Positions 21,038 through 31,616 of a stretch of 64,000 nucleotides of DNA are shown here, piece by piece (the stretch's first letter is position 1; the number at the start of each line of letters is the position of its first letter). The position numbers were made by a program, and so were the translations under genes. Under the pieces are notes generated by a model. It saw only the letters and a list, made by a program, of their open reading frames with translations, made no database searches and was not told where the DNA came from. The stretch lies in assembly GCA_965205865.1 (NCBI GenBank), contig CBDBHR010000024.1:64001-128000 (forward strand). The letters run 5' to 3'. Origin of the DNA: a bacterium. GTDB taxonomy: Bacteria > SAR324 > NAC60-12.

Positions 21038-22378
21038 TTAACGAGGCATCAAATTTTGCATCATTTGCATTGCTTTACGGGGATTGTTTGTTTTGGACAA
21101 TTTATTCATCATTTTTCGCATTTGGGCAAATTGTTTGAGCAGCCGGTTCACCTCTCGCACATGGGCGCCGCTTCCCTTAGCAATTCTGGAACGGCGAGCG
21201 CCATTGATGATGTTATGGTTTTTACGCTCCTCTCGGGTCATGGAAGAGAGGATCGCGTCAGTACGGACCAACTGTTTTTCATCCAGATTGGCGTTTTTCA
21301 TCATCGAGCTATCCATCCCGGGCAACAAGCCCATTAAATCTTTGAGCGAACCCATCTGCTGCATCGCTTGCAACTGAGCCCGAAAATCTTCCAAGGTGAA
21401 TTCATTTTTTCTGATTTTGTTTTGCAGTGTCAAGGCCTCTCGTTCGCTGTATGTCGACTGGGCCTTTTCGATAAGGGAAACCATATCTCCCATTCCCAGA
21501 ATCCGCGAGGCAATTCGATCGGGGTGAAAAGGCTCCAAATTTTCTAAATTCTCACCGATTGTGATGAATTTGATTGGTTTTTGAGTGATCGCACGAATCG
21601 AAAGAGCCGCTCCACCGCGGGCATCGCCATCCATTTTAGTCAAAATGATGCCACTCACCGAAAGTCGGTCGTTGAAGGCTTTGGCCATGTTCACCGCATC
21701 TTGTCCCGTCATGGCATCTGCGACAAAAAATATTTCATGAGGAGCAATCGCCGCTTTCAAACGATCGAGTTCTTCCATCAAATCCTCGTCTATGTGTAAC
21801 CGTCCTGCCGTATCGATCAAAACATAGTCCGACCCGTGATTTTTTGCATCTGCAAGCCCGGCTCGGGCAATCTCTACCGGATCTTGTCGCGTAGTGGCAG
21901 GGTAATAAGGAAGTTCCAGTTTATCGGCCAAAACAATCAACTGCTCGATGGCAGCGGGGCGGTAAATATCTGCCGGAATCAGATAGGGATGATGTCCGTT
22001 GGCGTGACAGAATTTTGCCAGTTTTCCAATCGTCGAGGTTTTCCCGGAGCCCTGAAGCCCTATCAACATGATGATCGTAGGAGCCTCTTCAGCACTGGCC
22101 AATGAAACATTCCGCTCTCCCATCAGTATTGCCAATTCATCATTGACGATCTTTATGAATTGCTGCCCCGGGGTCAAACTGCCCTGGACCTCCTCACCAA
22201 CTGCGCGGGCCTGTACTGATTTCAAAAAAGCTTTAACCACCCTGAAATTGACGTCGGCCTCCAAGAGCGCCATTTTGACTTCGTTCAACGCAACCTGAAT
22301 GTTGCCGTCATTCAGCCGACCACGACCTTGTAGTTTGCGGAATGTCCCAGTTAATTTTTGTGATAGATTTTCAAACAT
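21038..22378 (-). CDS. ffh: Signal recognition particle protein
   Basis: LLEADV, GLQGSGKT, DTAGR, TKMDGDARGG, RILGMGD, Met-rich C-terminus. Confidence 0.98.
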   Translation of the reverse strand: MFENLSQKLTGTFRKLQGRGRLNDGNIQVALNEVKMALLEADVNFRVVKAFLKSVQARAVGEEVQGSLTPGQQFIKIVNDELAILMGERNVSLASAEEAPTIIMLIGLQGSGKTSTIGKLAKFCHANGHHPYLIPADIYRPAAIEQLIVLADKLELPYYPATTRQDPVEIARAGLADAKNHGSDYVLIDTAGRLHIDEDLMEELDRLKAAIAPHEIFFVADAMTGQDAVNMAKAFNDRLSVSGIILTKMDGDARGGAALSIRAITQKPIKFITIGENLENLEPFHPDRIASRILGMGDMVSLIEKAQSTYSEREALTLQNKIRKNEFTLEDFRAQLQAMQQMGSLKDLMGLLPGMDSSMMKNANLDEKQLVRTDAILSSMTREERKNHNIINGARRSRIAKGSGAHVREVNRLLKQFAQMRKMMNKLSKTNNPRKAMQMMQNLMPR

Positions 22379-22504
22379 TGTTGTTTTGACAGAGGATGAG
22401 TTGCAAAATCCAGTATCCTGGTTGACTTTGCAATAACTGTCAAGTTGTTTTTGTGAATCGGGCAGGCAATTGCTGCTGAAGCGAATGCGGACTGGAGAAG
22501 AGGG

Positions 22505-22954
22505 TTAACTGTCGGTGTTTGGTTTAATGACCAGGTTCAACCCCACATTCATTTCCTTAAGTCGGGCAATGACAGGAATGAGCGCGCTGTATTTGGCATT
22601 TTCGTCAGCTTCCACATCGACAAATACCGGACCATTTTTAGTGGCAGTCCACTCAAGGACAGTCTGTTGAAATTTGTCCCAATTTTGTCCGGAAAGCCCC
22701 TGGCCAATTTTTTCATCATTGGCATAAATCACACCACTGCGATCTATCAAGACCCTCATAGTCTTTTCCAAAGGAGCTCCGTCTTGTTGATAAGAATCTT
22801 GGGGCAAATCGATCTGAATCATCTGATTGATGATCGGAGCCGTGATCATAAAGATGACCAACAATACAAGGAGCACATCAACAAAGGGAGTGACATTGAT
22901 ATCACTCATTGCTTCATCTTCACCTCGAAATCCTGAAATCATGATACTACCCAT
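22505..22954 (-). CDS. tolR: ExbD/TolR family biopolymer transport protein
   Basis: INVTPFVDVLLVLLVIFMITAP. Confidence 0.9.
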   Translation of the reverse strand: MGSIMISGFRGEDEAMSDINVTPFVDVLLVLLVIFMITAPIINQMIQIDLPQDSYQQDGAPLEKTMRVLIDRSGVIYANDEKIGQGLSGQNWDKFQQTVLEWTATKNGPVFVDVEADENAKYSALIPVIARLKEMNVGLNLVIKPNTDS

Positions 22955-23652
22955 TCCATACGGTTACCCAATTCCAAAGAAAAATTTTGCATTAAATCGC
23001 TGGCCTGCCGCGATGAATGCCGGTAATAATTGTAAGCCATCAACGCGGGAATTGCCGCCAAGAGTCCGGCAGCAGTCGCCACCAAGGCTTCTGAAATTCC
23101 GGGAGCTACTACTGCGAGGCTGGTGACCCCGCTGACCCCGATACCCTGAAAGGCGTCGATGATACCTAAAACAGTTCCAAACAACCCGATAAAAGGTGCT
23201 GCACTGGAGATGCTTGCCAAAGGAGAAAGTCTTTGATTGAGCAGGGAATACTGCTGATTGATATTGAGATCAGAAATGCGAGTGAGCCGTTGATTTAAAC
23301 GGTCTAGAATCTCCTTGGAAGAACGGTATTTGGTCCGCTGATTCTTCACTTTTTCCCGAAAATTCACAATTTCCTGATACGAGGATTCAAAAATACGAGC
23401 TAAGGGAGAGAATCGAAATTGCAGTGCTGAATTGTTAATTTGTTCCAATTTGGATTCTTTGTGGAAAACCTCTAAAAATTTGTCATTTTCACTAGCAATT
23501 CGGCGAAATTGAAACCATTTGAGGAAAATGATAGCCCATGAAATTGAAGACATGAGCAGGAGAACGACCAGCACTAGGTGCGTGATCCAACTTCCCTGGA
23601 GGATCAAGCCAAATATTCCTTTTTCATCAAATAAGCCGACAATCGATTGCAT
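22939..23652 (-). CDS. tolQ: MotA/TolQ/ExbB proton channel protein
   Basis: APFIGLFGTVLGII, VAPGISEALVATAAGL..AIPA..AYN. Confidence 0.92.
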   Translation of the reverse strand: MQSIVGLFDEKGIFGLILQGSWITHLVLVVLLLMSSISWAIIFLKWFQFRRIASENDKFLEVFHKESKLEQINNSALQFRFSPLARIFESSYQEIVNFREKVKNQRTKYRSSKEILDRLNQRLTRISDLNINQQYSLLNQRLSPLASISSAAPFIGLFGTVLGIIDAFQGIGVSGVTSLAVVAPGISEALVATAAGLLAAIPALMAYNYYRHSSRQASDLMQNFSLELGNRMEWVVS

Positions 23653-23736
23653 GCTTGTTCAAAGATGATGTTCTGTGATGGAAAAGACTTCGCCACGCGT
23701 AAATGCATTGACAAAATATCCATGGTTCATGCAGGA

Positions 23737-26655
23737 TCAGAAGCGCGTAAAGACTACACGTCTATTTTTTCCATGACAATTTTCCTGAATGCAATCAGGC
23801 CGCTCCATTCGCTCTTCCCCAAAACTTATGATTGAAAATTGCTCGAAATCGGAACCCAAGGCAATTAAATAGTCCAATACCGAGTTGCCACGACGTTCTC
23901 CCAAAGCCAGATTGTATTCATTGGTTCCCCGATTGTCTGCGTGACCTTCCAACTGAATCTTGATATGCGGATTTTCTTGGATCCATTCGAAATTCGCTTT
24001 GATATCCTCTATGAATTGGGATTGGATTCTACTTTTATCGAATTCGAAATAAATGATGCGCAATTCGGGAATGGATTCTGAAGTAGATTCCGGTGGAGCT
24101 TCCACTAAAGGTTTGGCAAGCGCCGTTGGTTGCTGCTGTTCAACCATTGCTATTGCTTCTTCAGTGACTTGGACGACCTCTTCCGCATCCGCCTCCTGTG
24201 TTGATAAAGCCAAGGCATCCTCTCCAGCAACTCCTGCTTCTGATTCGCCCGGACCCATCTCAGAAGAAGCCACAGCATCTTCGCCGGAAATTCCTGCTTC
24301 TGATTCACTCGCTTCCATCTCGGAAGAAGCCACGGCATCTTCGCCGGAAATTCCTGCTTCTGATTCACTCGCTTCCATCTCGGAAGAAGCCACGGCATCT
24401 TCGCCGGAAATTCCTGCTTCTGATTCACCTGCTCCCATCTCAGAAGAAGCCACGGCATCTTCGCCAGCGCTGACACCCAATGCTGATTCGCTTAGACTTT
24501 CTTCAATCGAAGCTAGTTCTTCCTCACCAATGGCAATACCCGGTTTGGAGTCTTCGAGTTCCGTCTCTGTCGAAGCGAGGGCCTCCTCTCCTATGGCTAC
24601 TTCGGGCGTGGTGTCCGTTGAACCCACTTCGGTTGAAGCCAGTGCCTCCTCTCCTACGGCTACTCCGGGCGTGTCGTCCGTTGAAGCCACCTCGGTTGAA
24701 GCCAGTGCCTCCTCTCCTACGGCTACTCCGGGCGTGTCGTCCGTTGAAGCCACCTCGGTTGAAGCCAGTGTTTCCTCTCCTACGGCTACTCCGGGCGTGT
24801 CGTCCGTTGAAGCCACCTCGGTTGAAGCCAGTGTTTCCTCTCCTACGGCTACTCCGGGCGTGTCGTCCGTTGAAGCCACCTCGGTTGAAGCCAGTGTTTC
24901 CTCTCCTACGGCTACTCCGGGCGTGTCGTCCGTTGAAGCCACCTCGGTTGAAGCCAGTGTTTCCTCTCCTACGGCTACTCCAGGCGTGTCGTCTGTTGAA
25001 GCCACCTCGGTTGAAGCCAGTGTTTCCTCTCCTACGGCTACTCCGGGCGTGTCGTCCGTTGAAGCCACCTCGGTTGAAGCCAGTGTTTCCTCTCCTACGG
25101 CTACTCCGGGCGTGTCGTCCGTTGAAGCCACCTCGGTTGAAGCCAGTGTTTCCTCTCCTACGGCTACTCCAGGTGTGTCGTCCGTTGAAGCCACCTCGGT
25201 TGAAGCCAGTGTTTCCTCTCCTACGGCTACTCCGGGCGTGTCGTCCGTTGAAGCCAGTGTTTCCTTTCCTACGGCTACTCCGGGCGTGTCGTCCGTTGAA
25301 GCCACCTCGGTTGAAGCCAGTGTTTCCTTTCCTACGGCTACTCCGGGCGTGTCGTCCGTTGAAGCCACCTCGGTTGAAGCCAGTGTTTCCTTTCCTACGG
25401 CTACTCCGGGCGTGTCGTCCGTTGAAGCCACCTCGGTTGAAGCCAGTGTTTCCTCTCCTACGGCTACTCCGGGTGTGTCGTCCGTTGAAGCCACCTCGGT
25501 TGAAGCCAGTGTTTCCTCTTCTACAGCTTTTTCAGTCGAAGCCAAATCTTCAATACCGGTAAAGTCCATTGAGGGCTTCTTCGCACCCATTTCAGTGGTT
25601 GCCGGAGCATCTTCTCCAGAAGCAACACCAGGCATGGACTCTGACGACTCTATCTCAGTCGAAGCCATTGTATCCTTACCAACATCAATACCTGTCGCTG
25701 GGTCGGTTGGCTCCATCTCAGCCGAAGCCAGAGCATCTTCACCAACTGCTACGCCGGGTGTGGATTCGGTTGATTCCATCTCAGTGCTCCCCAGAGCATC
25801 CTCAGTAATGGCAACATCCGGTATCGTCTCCATTGTTTCCATCTCAGTGGAAGCTACGCCCTCTTCAGCGGCACCCGGTAAGGAATCTTTTAATCCTTTT
25901 TCTGTGGATACCAGAGCATTCTCACCAGCGGCAATACCCGACCCGGTATCTACGGTTATCCTTTCGGTTGAAGGCATAGAATCTTTTTCAGCAGTTTCCA
26001 CCGCGGAGTCTGCGGGTCCCGTCTCCGCAGAAGCCAAAGTATCCTCGTCAACAACCGGCAACGAATCTTCCCCCCCAATCTCAATCGATGCCAGTGAATC
26101 CTCGGCAACTGCAGCATCGGGAGCAGATTCCATTGCACCCACCTCAGTGGAAGCCAGAACGTTCTCATCAGCTCCGCCCGGCGCAGTGTCCATTGTATCC
26201 ACTTCAGTAGAAGCCAGAGTGTCGTCACCTACGGTAACTCCAGTGGCGGAGTCCATTGCTCCCACTTCAGTGGAAACCATAGTATCCTCTTCAGCAGCCC
26301 CTGGGACGGAGTCTTTTTTTGCCAACTCAGTGGCAGTCAAAGCATCCTCATCCGGAGTAGCGCCGGATTCAGTTGCGGCTGAGGTTGCCGAAGGTTCTTT
26401 GGCAGCCAGATCTGCTTCGCTCGAATCCATGGTTTCGCCGGCAACGCTTCCTTCTACCTTTGCCAATGAGGAGCTATCCGCAATATCTTGTTCCTTGCTC
26501 GTCATTTCAGTTGCCTCAGGCTGTATATGCTCTACGATTTCAGCTTCTTGCTCTGTTTTTGGAGAAATCAATTCCGTGATTGTGTCACATCCAATCATTG
26601 TCAGTGAGAGTCCCAACACACAAATTGAAAGTTTGATTTTCATATCGCACCTCAT
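23737..26655 (-). CDS. pal: Giant Pal/OmpA-family peptidoglycan-associated lipoprotein with long acidic tandem-repeat linker
   Basis: Signal peptide MKIKLSICVLGLSLTMIGC ending in Cys; C-terminal IYFEFDKS, EGHADNRGTNEYNLALGERR, SFGEE, NRRV. Confidence 0.85.
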   Translation of the reverse strand: MRCDMKIKLSICVLGLSLTMIGCDTITELISPKTEQEAEIVEHIQPEATEMTSKEQDIADSSSLAKVEGSVAGETMDSSEADLAAKEPSATSAATESGATPDEDALTATELAKKDSVPGAAEEDTMVSTEVGAMDSATGVTVGDDTLASTEVDTMDTAPGGADENVLASTEVGAMESAPDAAVAEDSLASIEIGGEDSLPVVDEDTLASAETGPADSAVETAEKDSMPSTERITVDTGSGIAAGENALVSTEKGLKDSLPGAAEEGVASTEMETMETIPDVAITEDALGSTEMESTESTPGVAVGEDALASAEMEPTDPATGIDVGKDTMASTEIESSESMPGVASGEDAPATTEMGAKKPSMDFTGIEDLASTEKAVEEETLASTEVASTDDTPGVAVGEETLASTEVASTDDTPGVAVGKETLASTEVASTDDTPGVAVGKETLASTEVASTDDTPGVAVGKETLASTDDTPGVAVGEETLASTEVASTDDTPGVAVGEETLASTEVASTDDTPGVAVGEETLASTEVASTDDTPGVAVGEETLASTEVASTDDTPGVAVGEETLASTEVASTDDTPGVAVGEETLASTEVASTDDTPGVAVGEETLASTEVASTDDTPGVAVGEETLASTEVASTDDTPGVAVGEEALASTEVASTDDTPGVAVGEEALASTEVGSTDTTPEVAIGEEALASTETELEDSKPGIAIGEEELASIEESLSESALGVSAGEDAVASSEMGAGESEAGISGEDAVASSEMEASESEAGISGEDAVASSEMEASESEAGISGEDAVASSEMGPGESEAGVAGEDALALSTQEADAEEVVQVTEEAIAMVEQQQPTALAKPLVEAPPESTSESIPELRIIYFEFDKSRIQSQFIEDIKANFEWIQENPHIKIQLEGHADNRGTNEYNLALGERRGNSVLDYLIALGSDFEQFSIISFGEERMERPDCIQENCHGKNRRVVFTRF
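24220..24465. repeat. About 4 tandem 60-bp units (SGEDAVASSEMEASESEAGI) inside the Pal-like gene
   Basis: Consecutive 60-nt lines are nearly identical (tgattcactcgcttccatctcggaagaagccacggcatcttcgccggaaattcctgcttc). Confidence 0.92.
24591..25520. repeat. About 15 tandem 63-bp units (EETLASTEVASTDDTPGVAVG), one shortened to 48 bp
   Basis: Near-identical unit gaagccagtgtttcctctcctacggctactccgggcgtgtcgtccgttgaagccacctcggtt. Confidence 0.95.
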
Positions 26656-26816
26656 TATTGATAATTTGTAATTCCCGTCTTTTTTTTCAGACGATTCTTT
26701 AACTACTATAAAAATTCCAAGGAGGGTAATAACAGATCCATGTTCAGACTATTCCTCCAGCGTAACAATAAGGTCATTCCCTACTTTTTTCATACAAAAT
26801 AAACTTTATTTATCGC

Positions 26817-28412
26817 ATGTCAAAAACAAAAACTGAAGATAAATCTTCTGAATTCGTCAAAAACAAAATCAAAAAGCCTTGGATGCCTCTCTGTATAATG
26901 ATTGCAACAGCCATCCTCTTAATAATTTGGATCGGGATTCGCTATACGGTCTCCCTTTCCCATCTCCATCTGGAATGGCTGGTGGTCGCCTCAGCAGGCT
27001 TAGCCAGCTGGTGCTGGTACCGTCATTTGAGATTTATTGCAGCTACTCTTCTCATAGGGGGAGCGTTTTTGGCTCATCAGTTGTTCATTACACTCCCACT
27101 CTGGCAACAAAAACTCGAAAATGCCAAGTCTGCTTCTCCCACTGTATGGGTCCGTGGACAAATTGTACAGGCCATCGAGGACGGAAAGGATGTCCGCGTC
27201 CATTTGGCTCCTGGAGAATTATTCTTTCAAGAGAAACATCAAGAGTTTTTTGAGATCTCGGTGCTGCTGTTATCGAAGAGCCGATCCATCAAATCCTTTT
27301 ACCATCGTCGTCCTATTCAATTCAGCGGTATTATTGCGAGAACCGACCTGCAAAACCAACGACTTACTGTTTCGTTGAAGCAAGTTCTTTACCATACGAG
27401 CTTTTTTCCTCCTCATTCGTGGTTTTATTTTGGACAAATCGTACACCAGCACCTGAGAAACCGGGCAGCTTTTTACCTGCCACCAGAAATTTTTTCCCTC
27501 TATTCTCCTTTGATTTTGGCAAAATTGGTTTCTCGTTCTGAATCCCATCAATTGTTCAGAGCTACAGGTTTGGCTCATCTTCTGGCCATCAGCGGGCTTC
27601 ATATCGGTTTATTATATTGGTTGGGGCTGACGTTTTTCAGACAAGTTGGCCGTTTTTCCCCGCGGATTTTGCTATCGATTCATTTTTTAGATTTTTGCCA
27701 ATTTCTGACCTTGGCAGGGTTATGGTTATATGTGGCATTGATAGCATTTCCTGTCCCCGCTCTGCGGGCGTTGGTCATGCTTACCATATTGGTCGTGATT
27801 CGCTGGCTGGGACAGTTGCAAGCCCCTTTGTATGCTCTTCTGAGCACAGCTTTTTTGTTCATATGTTGGCAATCCGCGATCATATACGACCTTTCCTTTC
27901 AGCTTTCATTTGTCGCCGTTCTTTATATAATTTTGATTTTACCTTTTTTAAGGAATACTTCAAGAGAGGTCTCCTACTGGCAGTTAGTGGGCATATACAT
28001 ATGGAATAGCGTTTGGGTCACTGCATCCGTTCTCGTTGGTATTTGGCCGATTCTAGTAACTCGTTTTCATCAGCTCTCTCTGGAAGTGTTTTGGTTGAAT
28101 ATCATCATGGTGCCCATGTTGGCATTTCTAATATTGCCGGTTTGTTTTACGGCTTTTTTCATCAGCCTCCTCCATTGGCAGGCATTGCCTTTCGGTTTCT
28201 GGGAAAAAGCTGCCTTTCAAGGAGTGGAGTGGGTTTTAAGATTATGGCTGGAAACTTTAAGCAGTGTTCATGACTGGGGAGGATGGGCAACTATTCACAT
28301 GGATTTGCATTGGAGTGGCTGGCAGTACGGATTATATTATCTCAGCACGATATTGCTGTATAGGGTGCTGCTATGGTTTGCGCGCTTGCGGTCAAAAGAA
28401 GGGACCCTATGA
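26817..28412 (+). CDS. comEC: ComEC/Rec2 competence membrane protein (no C-terminal MBL domain)
   Basis: TGLAHLLAISGLHIG, PALRA, SFQLSF. Confidence 0.9.
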   Translation: MSKTKTEDKSSEFVKNKIKKPWMPLCIMIATAILLIIWIGIRYTVSLSHLHLEWLVVASAGLASWCWYRHLRFIAATLLIGGAFLAHQLFITLPLWQQKLENAKSASPTVWVRGQIVQAIEDGKDVRVHLAPGELFFQEKHQEFFEISVLLLSKSRSIKSFYHRRPIQFSGIIARTDLQNQRLTVSLKQVLYHTSFFPPHSWFYFGQIVHQHLRNRAAFYLPPEIFSLYSPLILAKLVSRSESHQLFRATGLAHLLAISGLHIGLLYWLGLTFFRQVGRFSPRILLSIHFLDFCQFLTLAGLWLYVALIAFPVPALRALVMLTILVVIRWLGQLQAPLYALLSTAFLFICWQSAIIYDLSFQLSFVAVLYIILILPFLRNTSREVSYWQLVGIYIWNSVWVTASVLVGIWPILVTRFHQLSLEVFWLNIIMVPMLAFLILPVCFTAFFISLLHWQALPFGFWEKAAFQGVEWVLRLWLETLSSVHDWGGWATIHMDLHWSGWQYGLYYLSTILLYRVLLWFARLRSKEGTL

Positions 28413-28436
28413 ATTTGAACATCAGAAAAGAGAAGC

Positions 28437-29039
28437 ATGTATCGACTGTATGAGATGCCGGATTCGAGCAACTGTTACAAAGTTAGATTGACGCTGACTC
28501 AATTGGCTGAAGAATTTGAAAGAATTCATGTCGATATTCTCAATAAAGAATCCCGAACGCCGGATTTTCTGAAGAAAAATCCAAATGGCCGGATTCCGGT
28601 GCTGGAGTTACGGCAAGGGGTCTATCTGCCGGAGTCGAATGCTATTTTATGGTACCTGGCAGAAGGGACGGAACTGATGCCCAAAGATCAACTGGAACAG
28701 GTGAGGGCGCTACAATGGATGTTCTTTGAACAGTATAGCCATGAGCCGCATATTGCCACATCTCGTTTTTGGATCACAATCCTGCAGGCCGAGGCCGAAT
28801 TTCAAGAGGAACTGAAAAAAAGAAAGCCAGAGGGATACGCTGCATTGAATGTGATGGAATCTCATTTGTCCATTCATGACTTTTTTGTGGCAGGCCGCTA
28901 TTCTATCGCCGATATCGCTCTATATGCTTACACTCACGTGGCCCACGAAGGGGGATTTGATTTGAAGAGGTATCCTCGTATTAGAGATTGGTTACAACGA
29001 ATACAGGTCCAGCCACGCTATATTGCCATCGACGCGTGA
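28437..29039 (+). CDS. Glutathione S-transferase family protein
   Basis: SSNCYKV, NPNGRIPVL, ESNAIL, YSIADIALYAY. Confidence 0.95.
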   Translation: MYRLYEMPDSSNCYKVRLTLTQLAEEFERIHVDILNKESRTPDFLKKNPNGRIPVLELRQGVYLPESNAILWYLAEGTELMPKDQLEQVRALQWMFFEQYSHEPHIATSRFWITILQAEAEFQEELKKRKPEGYAALNVMESHLSIHDFFVAGRYSIADIALYAYTHVAHEGGFDLKRYPRIRDWLQRIQVQPRYIAIDA

Positions 29040-29146
29040 AAATAAGGGCAGCACCAAAAGGCCAAAGAAATCTGAAAAGGCGTAAAACAACCTTTGTTTA
29101 AAACTTGACAAATATTCATTTATGATAGTGCCTCGAGAAAGAAATT

Positions 29147-30454
29147 ATGCTCAAATTACTTGTAATCGCCGATGATCTGACAGAGGCCAACGAAGTGGCA
29201 GTACAGTTTGCCAAAAAAGGGATTGCCACATTGGTGGTTGCGGATTGGCAGCATGACTGGAAGGTCCATTCTGATGAATTCCAAGTAGTTGCCATAAATA
29301 CGGAATCACGTCATGTATCTGTAAAAGAAGCGCAGAAGCGTATGAACATTGTGTTGGACGTCGCCATTTGCTGGCAGATTCCTTATTGCTATAAAAAGAC
29401 AGATTCGACTCTGAGAGGCAACATTGCAGCGGAATTGGACATTTTGAGGAAGCGCCTAGGAGCAGGCAGGATTATGTTTATTCCAGCAAATCCTTCAATG
29501 GGACGAACAGTCGAAAAGGGAATGATTTTCGTGCAAGGAAAACCCTTGGCAGGGAGTGATTATGCAAAGGATCCTTTGGAACCTTGCCGGGAAAACAGTA
29601 TTATAAGGAAGTTCCGGCGCCAACTTGATGCTCCTTACCATCTGATAACCCGTGACATTTTAGAAAAACATCATACGGGTCGACAATATTCTTTTGCAGA
29701 TGAAGGGTGTTATGTATTCGATACTGGCAGCGAAGAGGAATTATTTCAGATAGGAAGATTGCTGTGTCGAGAGATGCAAATAAGAGTTCTGGCAGGCTCC
29801 GGTGGTTTTGCGACAGTTTTGCCCGTATTCATTGAATTTAAGAATAAGCCCACTCATTCACTGAAAAAGTCAAATCGACGACTTTTCATCAATGGCAGTT
29901 TGAATCCTGTTGCCCATCGACAAATTCAGTGGGCGCGTTCTCGATCGATTCCGGTTGGGATACTTGAAAAACTCGGATTCAATCGTGAAGAATGCAGATT
30001 GACAGACGATCATTACCCCTTGTCAAACTGGTTGCGGGAAGTCTACAAAAAAAATAAAATGGCCGTCTTAACGACTCCTTCTCCTGAGAAGTTGAGAGAT
30101 TCGTCTATTGCATTTCACGGTGAGGGTGTAAAGTGGAACGAGTATTTGGGATCACTCATTGCTTCACTTTTTCAAGATATCCAAATTGAAGTACTGGTGA
30201 TCTTTGGAGGTGATACGGCGTTTGCCGTTTTGAAGGCTTTACAACTGAAGCGCATAGAAGCTTTGAGTGAAATCGTACCAGGAGTGGCTCTTCTCAAATC
30301 GCTGAATAGCGTCAACAACCCCCTTTACTTAGTAACCAAGCCTGGCGGATTTGGTGAAGAGAACAGTATCGGGACAATTGAAAGTTTTTTTCAAGGAAAA
30401 TCAAATGAAGCCAATTGGGATCACCATGGGAGACGCCAACGGGGTCGGCCCTGA
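29147..30454 (+). CDS. Four-carbon acid sugar kinase (DUF1537/DtnK family)
   Basis: IADDLTEAN, NTESR, YKKTDSTLRGN, FGGDTA, TKPGGFG. Confidence 0.9.
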   Translation: MLKLLVIADDLTEANEVAVQFAKKGIATLVVADWQHDWKVHSDEFQVVAINTESRHVSVKEAQKRMNIVLDVAICWQIPYCYKKTDSTLRGNIAAELDILRKRLGAGRIMFIPANPSMGRTVEKGMIFVQGKPLAGSDYAKDPLEPCRENSIIRKFRRQLDAPYHLITRDILEKHHTGRQYSFADEGCYVFDTGSEEELFQIGRLLCREMQIRVLAGSGGFATVLPVFIEFKNKPTHSLKKSNRRLFINGSLNPVAHRQIQWARSRSIPVGILEKLGFNREECRLTDDHYPLSNWLREVYKKNKMAVLTTPSPEKLRDSSIAFHGEGVKWNEYLGSLIASLFQDIQIEVLVIFGGDTAFAVLKALQLKRIEALSEIVPGVALLKSLNSVNNPLYLVTKPGGFGEENSIGTIESFFQGKSNEANWDHHGRRQRGRP

Positions 30455-31373
30455 AATTGTCTTGAACGCATTCAGGAAAAATGAATTGCCAAAAGAGGTG
30501 TTGGTCATTGGCGATTATTCCATTTTGGAATACTGCAATCGTCGTTTGAAACTGAAGGTACCGTTGTGTCGCATACAATCGCCCGAACAAATTCAGCCTC
30601 ATTTTTTGAATATTTACGATCAAGGACTGCTAACCCCCGACGACTTGAAGATTGGTCGAATCTCTAAAGTCGTAGGAAGCGCCAGTCTTGCTTACGTCAG
30701 ACGAGCCACTCAAATGTGTCTCGATCAACAGTTACGGGCCTTGGCGACTTTGCCTGTCAATAAAGCTGCCATCCAATTGAGCGAACCCGATTTTTCCGGG
30801 CACACCGGATGTCTCGCCGATTGGTGTGGCATTTCCAATTACTCGATGATGTTGGTCTCGCAGGCCTTGATTGTCAGCCACCTTTCCACTCATGTATCTC
30901 TTAGAAAAGCCATTGAGTTGGTTAAAAAAAAGAAAATCCTGGAAGTGATCCAATTGACGCATGAAGCCCTCTTAAAACTGAGAAGGCAACAACGGATTGC
31001 GGTGGCCGGACTCAATCCCCACGCGGGAGAAGATGGAGCTTTTGGAGATGAAGAATTGGAGGAAATTATTCCCGCCATCGAGGCGGCGCGTGAACGGGGA
31101 TTTGAGATCACCGGACCCTTTCCCCCGGATACGATTTTTCGGGAAGCCAATATAAAATTCGACGCTATTGTTGCCATGTATCACGACCAGGGACATATTC
31201 CGGCAAAATTGATTGATTTTAAAGGTGCAATCAATGTGACCTTGGGACTCAATATCACGCGAACTTCGGTTGACCATGGTACCGCATATGACATTGCTTA
31301 TCAAAATCTTGCTTGGACCGAAAGCCTGCGAGATGCGGTGAAGTTGGCTATCCGCTTATCCGATGGAAACTAG
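30405..31373 (+). CDS. pdxA: PdxA-family 4-phospho-acid-sugar dehydrogenase (PdxA2-like)
   Basis: TMGDANGVGPE, PVNK, GHT, GLNPHAGE, PPDT, AMYHDQG, RTSVDHGTAYDIA. Confidence 0.92.
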   Translation: MKPIGITMGDANGVGPEIVLNAFRKNELPKEVLVIGDYSILEYCNRRLKLKVPLCRIQSPEQIQPHFLNIYDQGLLTPDDLKIGRISKVVGSASLAYVRRATQMCLDQQLRALATLPVNKAAIQLSEPDFSGHTGCLADWCGISNYSMMLVSQALIVSHLSTHVSLRKAIELVKKKKILEVIQLTHEALLKLRRQQRIAVAGLNPHAGEDGAFGDEELEEIIPAIEAARERGFEITGPFPPDTIFREANIKFDAIVAMYHDQGHIPAKLIDFKGAINVTLGLNITRTSVDHGTAYDIAYQNLAWTESLRDAVKLAIRLSDGN

Positions 31374-31616
31374 AAACTCCCGGACTCATTCCATAGATAT
31401 TTGATTAGCTTGAATATAAGACCGGGATTGGCCGGAGCGCATAGAAAACTTGCGGAATCTCCCGGAATGGGCGAATATCCTCTGCCAGTTCAAAAAGAAA
31501 TCCATGGACGGAGTTGTCCAATCGGATTAAAACTGCCCAAAAAAACCAAAAAAGCGGGTCATTGCCAAAGAGGTGGGATGGGCAACGTAATTTTTACCTT
31601 CAATAAGAGATGATTT

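Noticed and set aside
24591-25520. Possible CRISPR array
   Set aside because: Units are contiguous in-frame 63-bp repeats without unique spacers, and no cas genes are present.
24053-26671. 872-aa plus-strand ORF and the 360-aa ORF at 24480-25562
   Set aside because: Antisense shadows of the repeat-rich Pal gene; the minus frame has the signal peptide and Pal domain.
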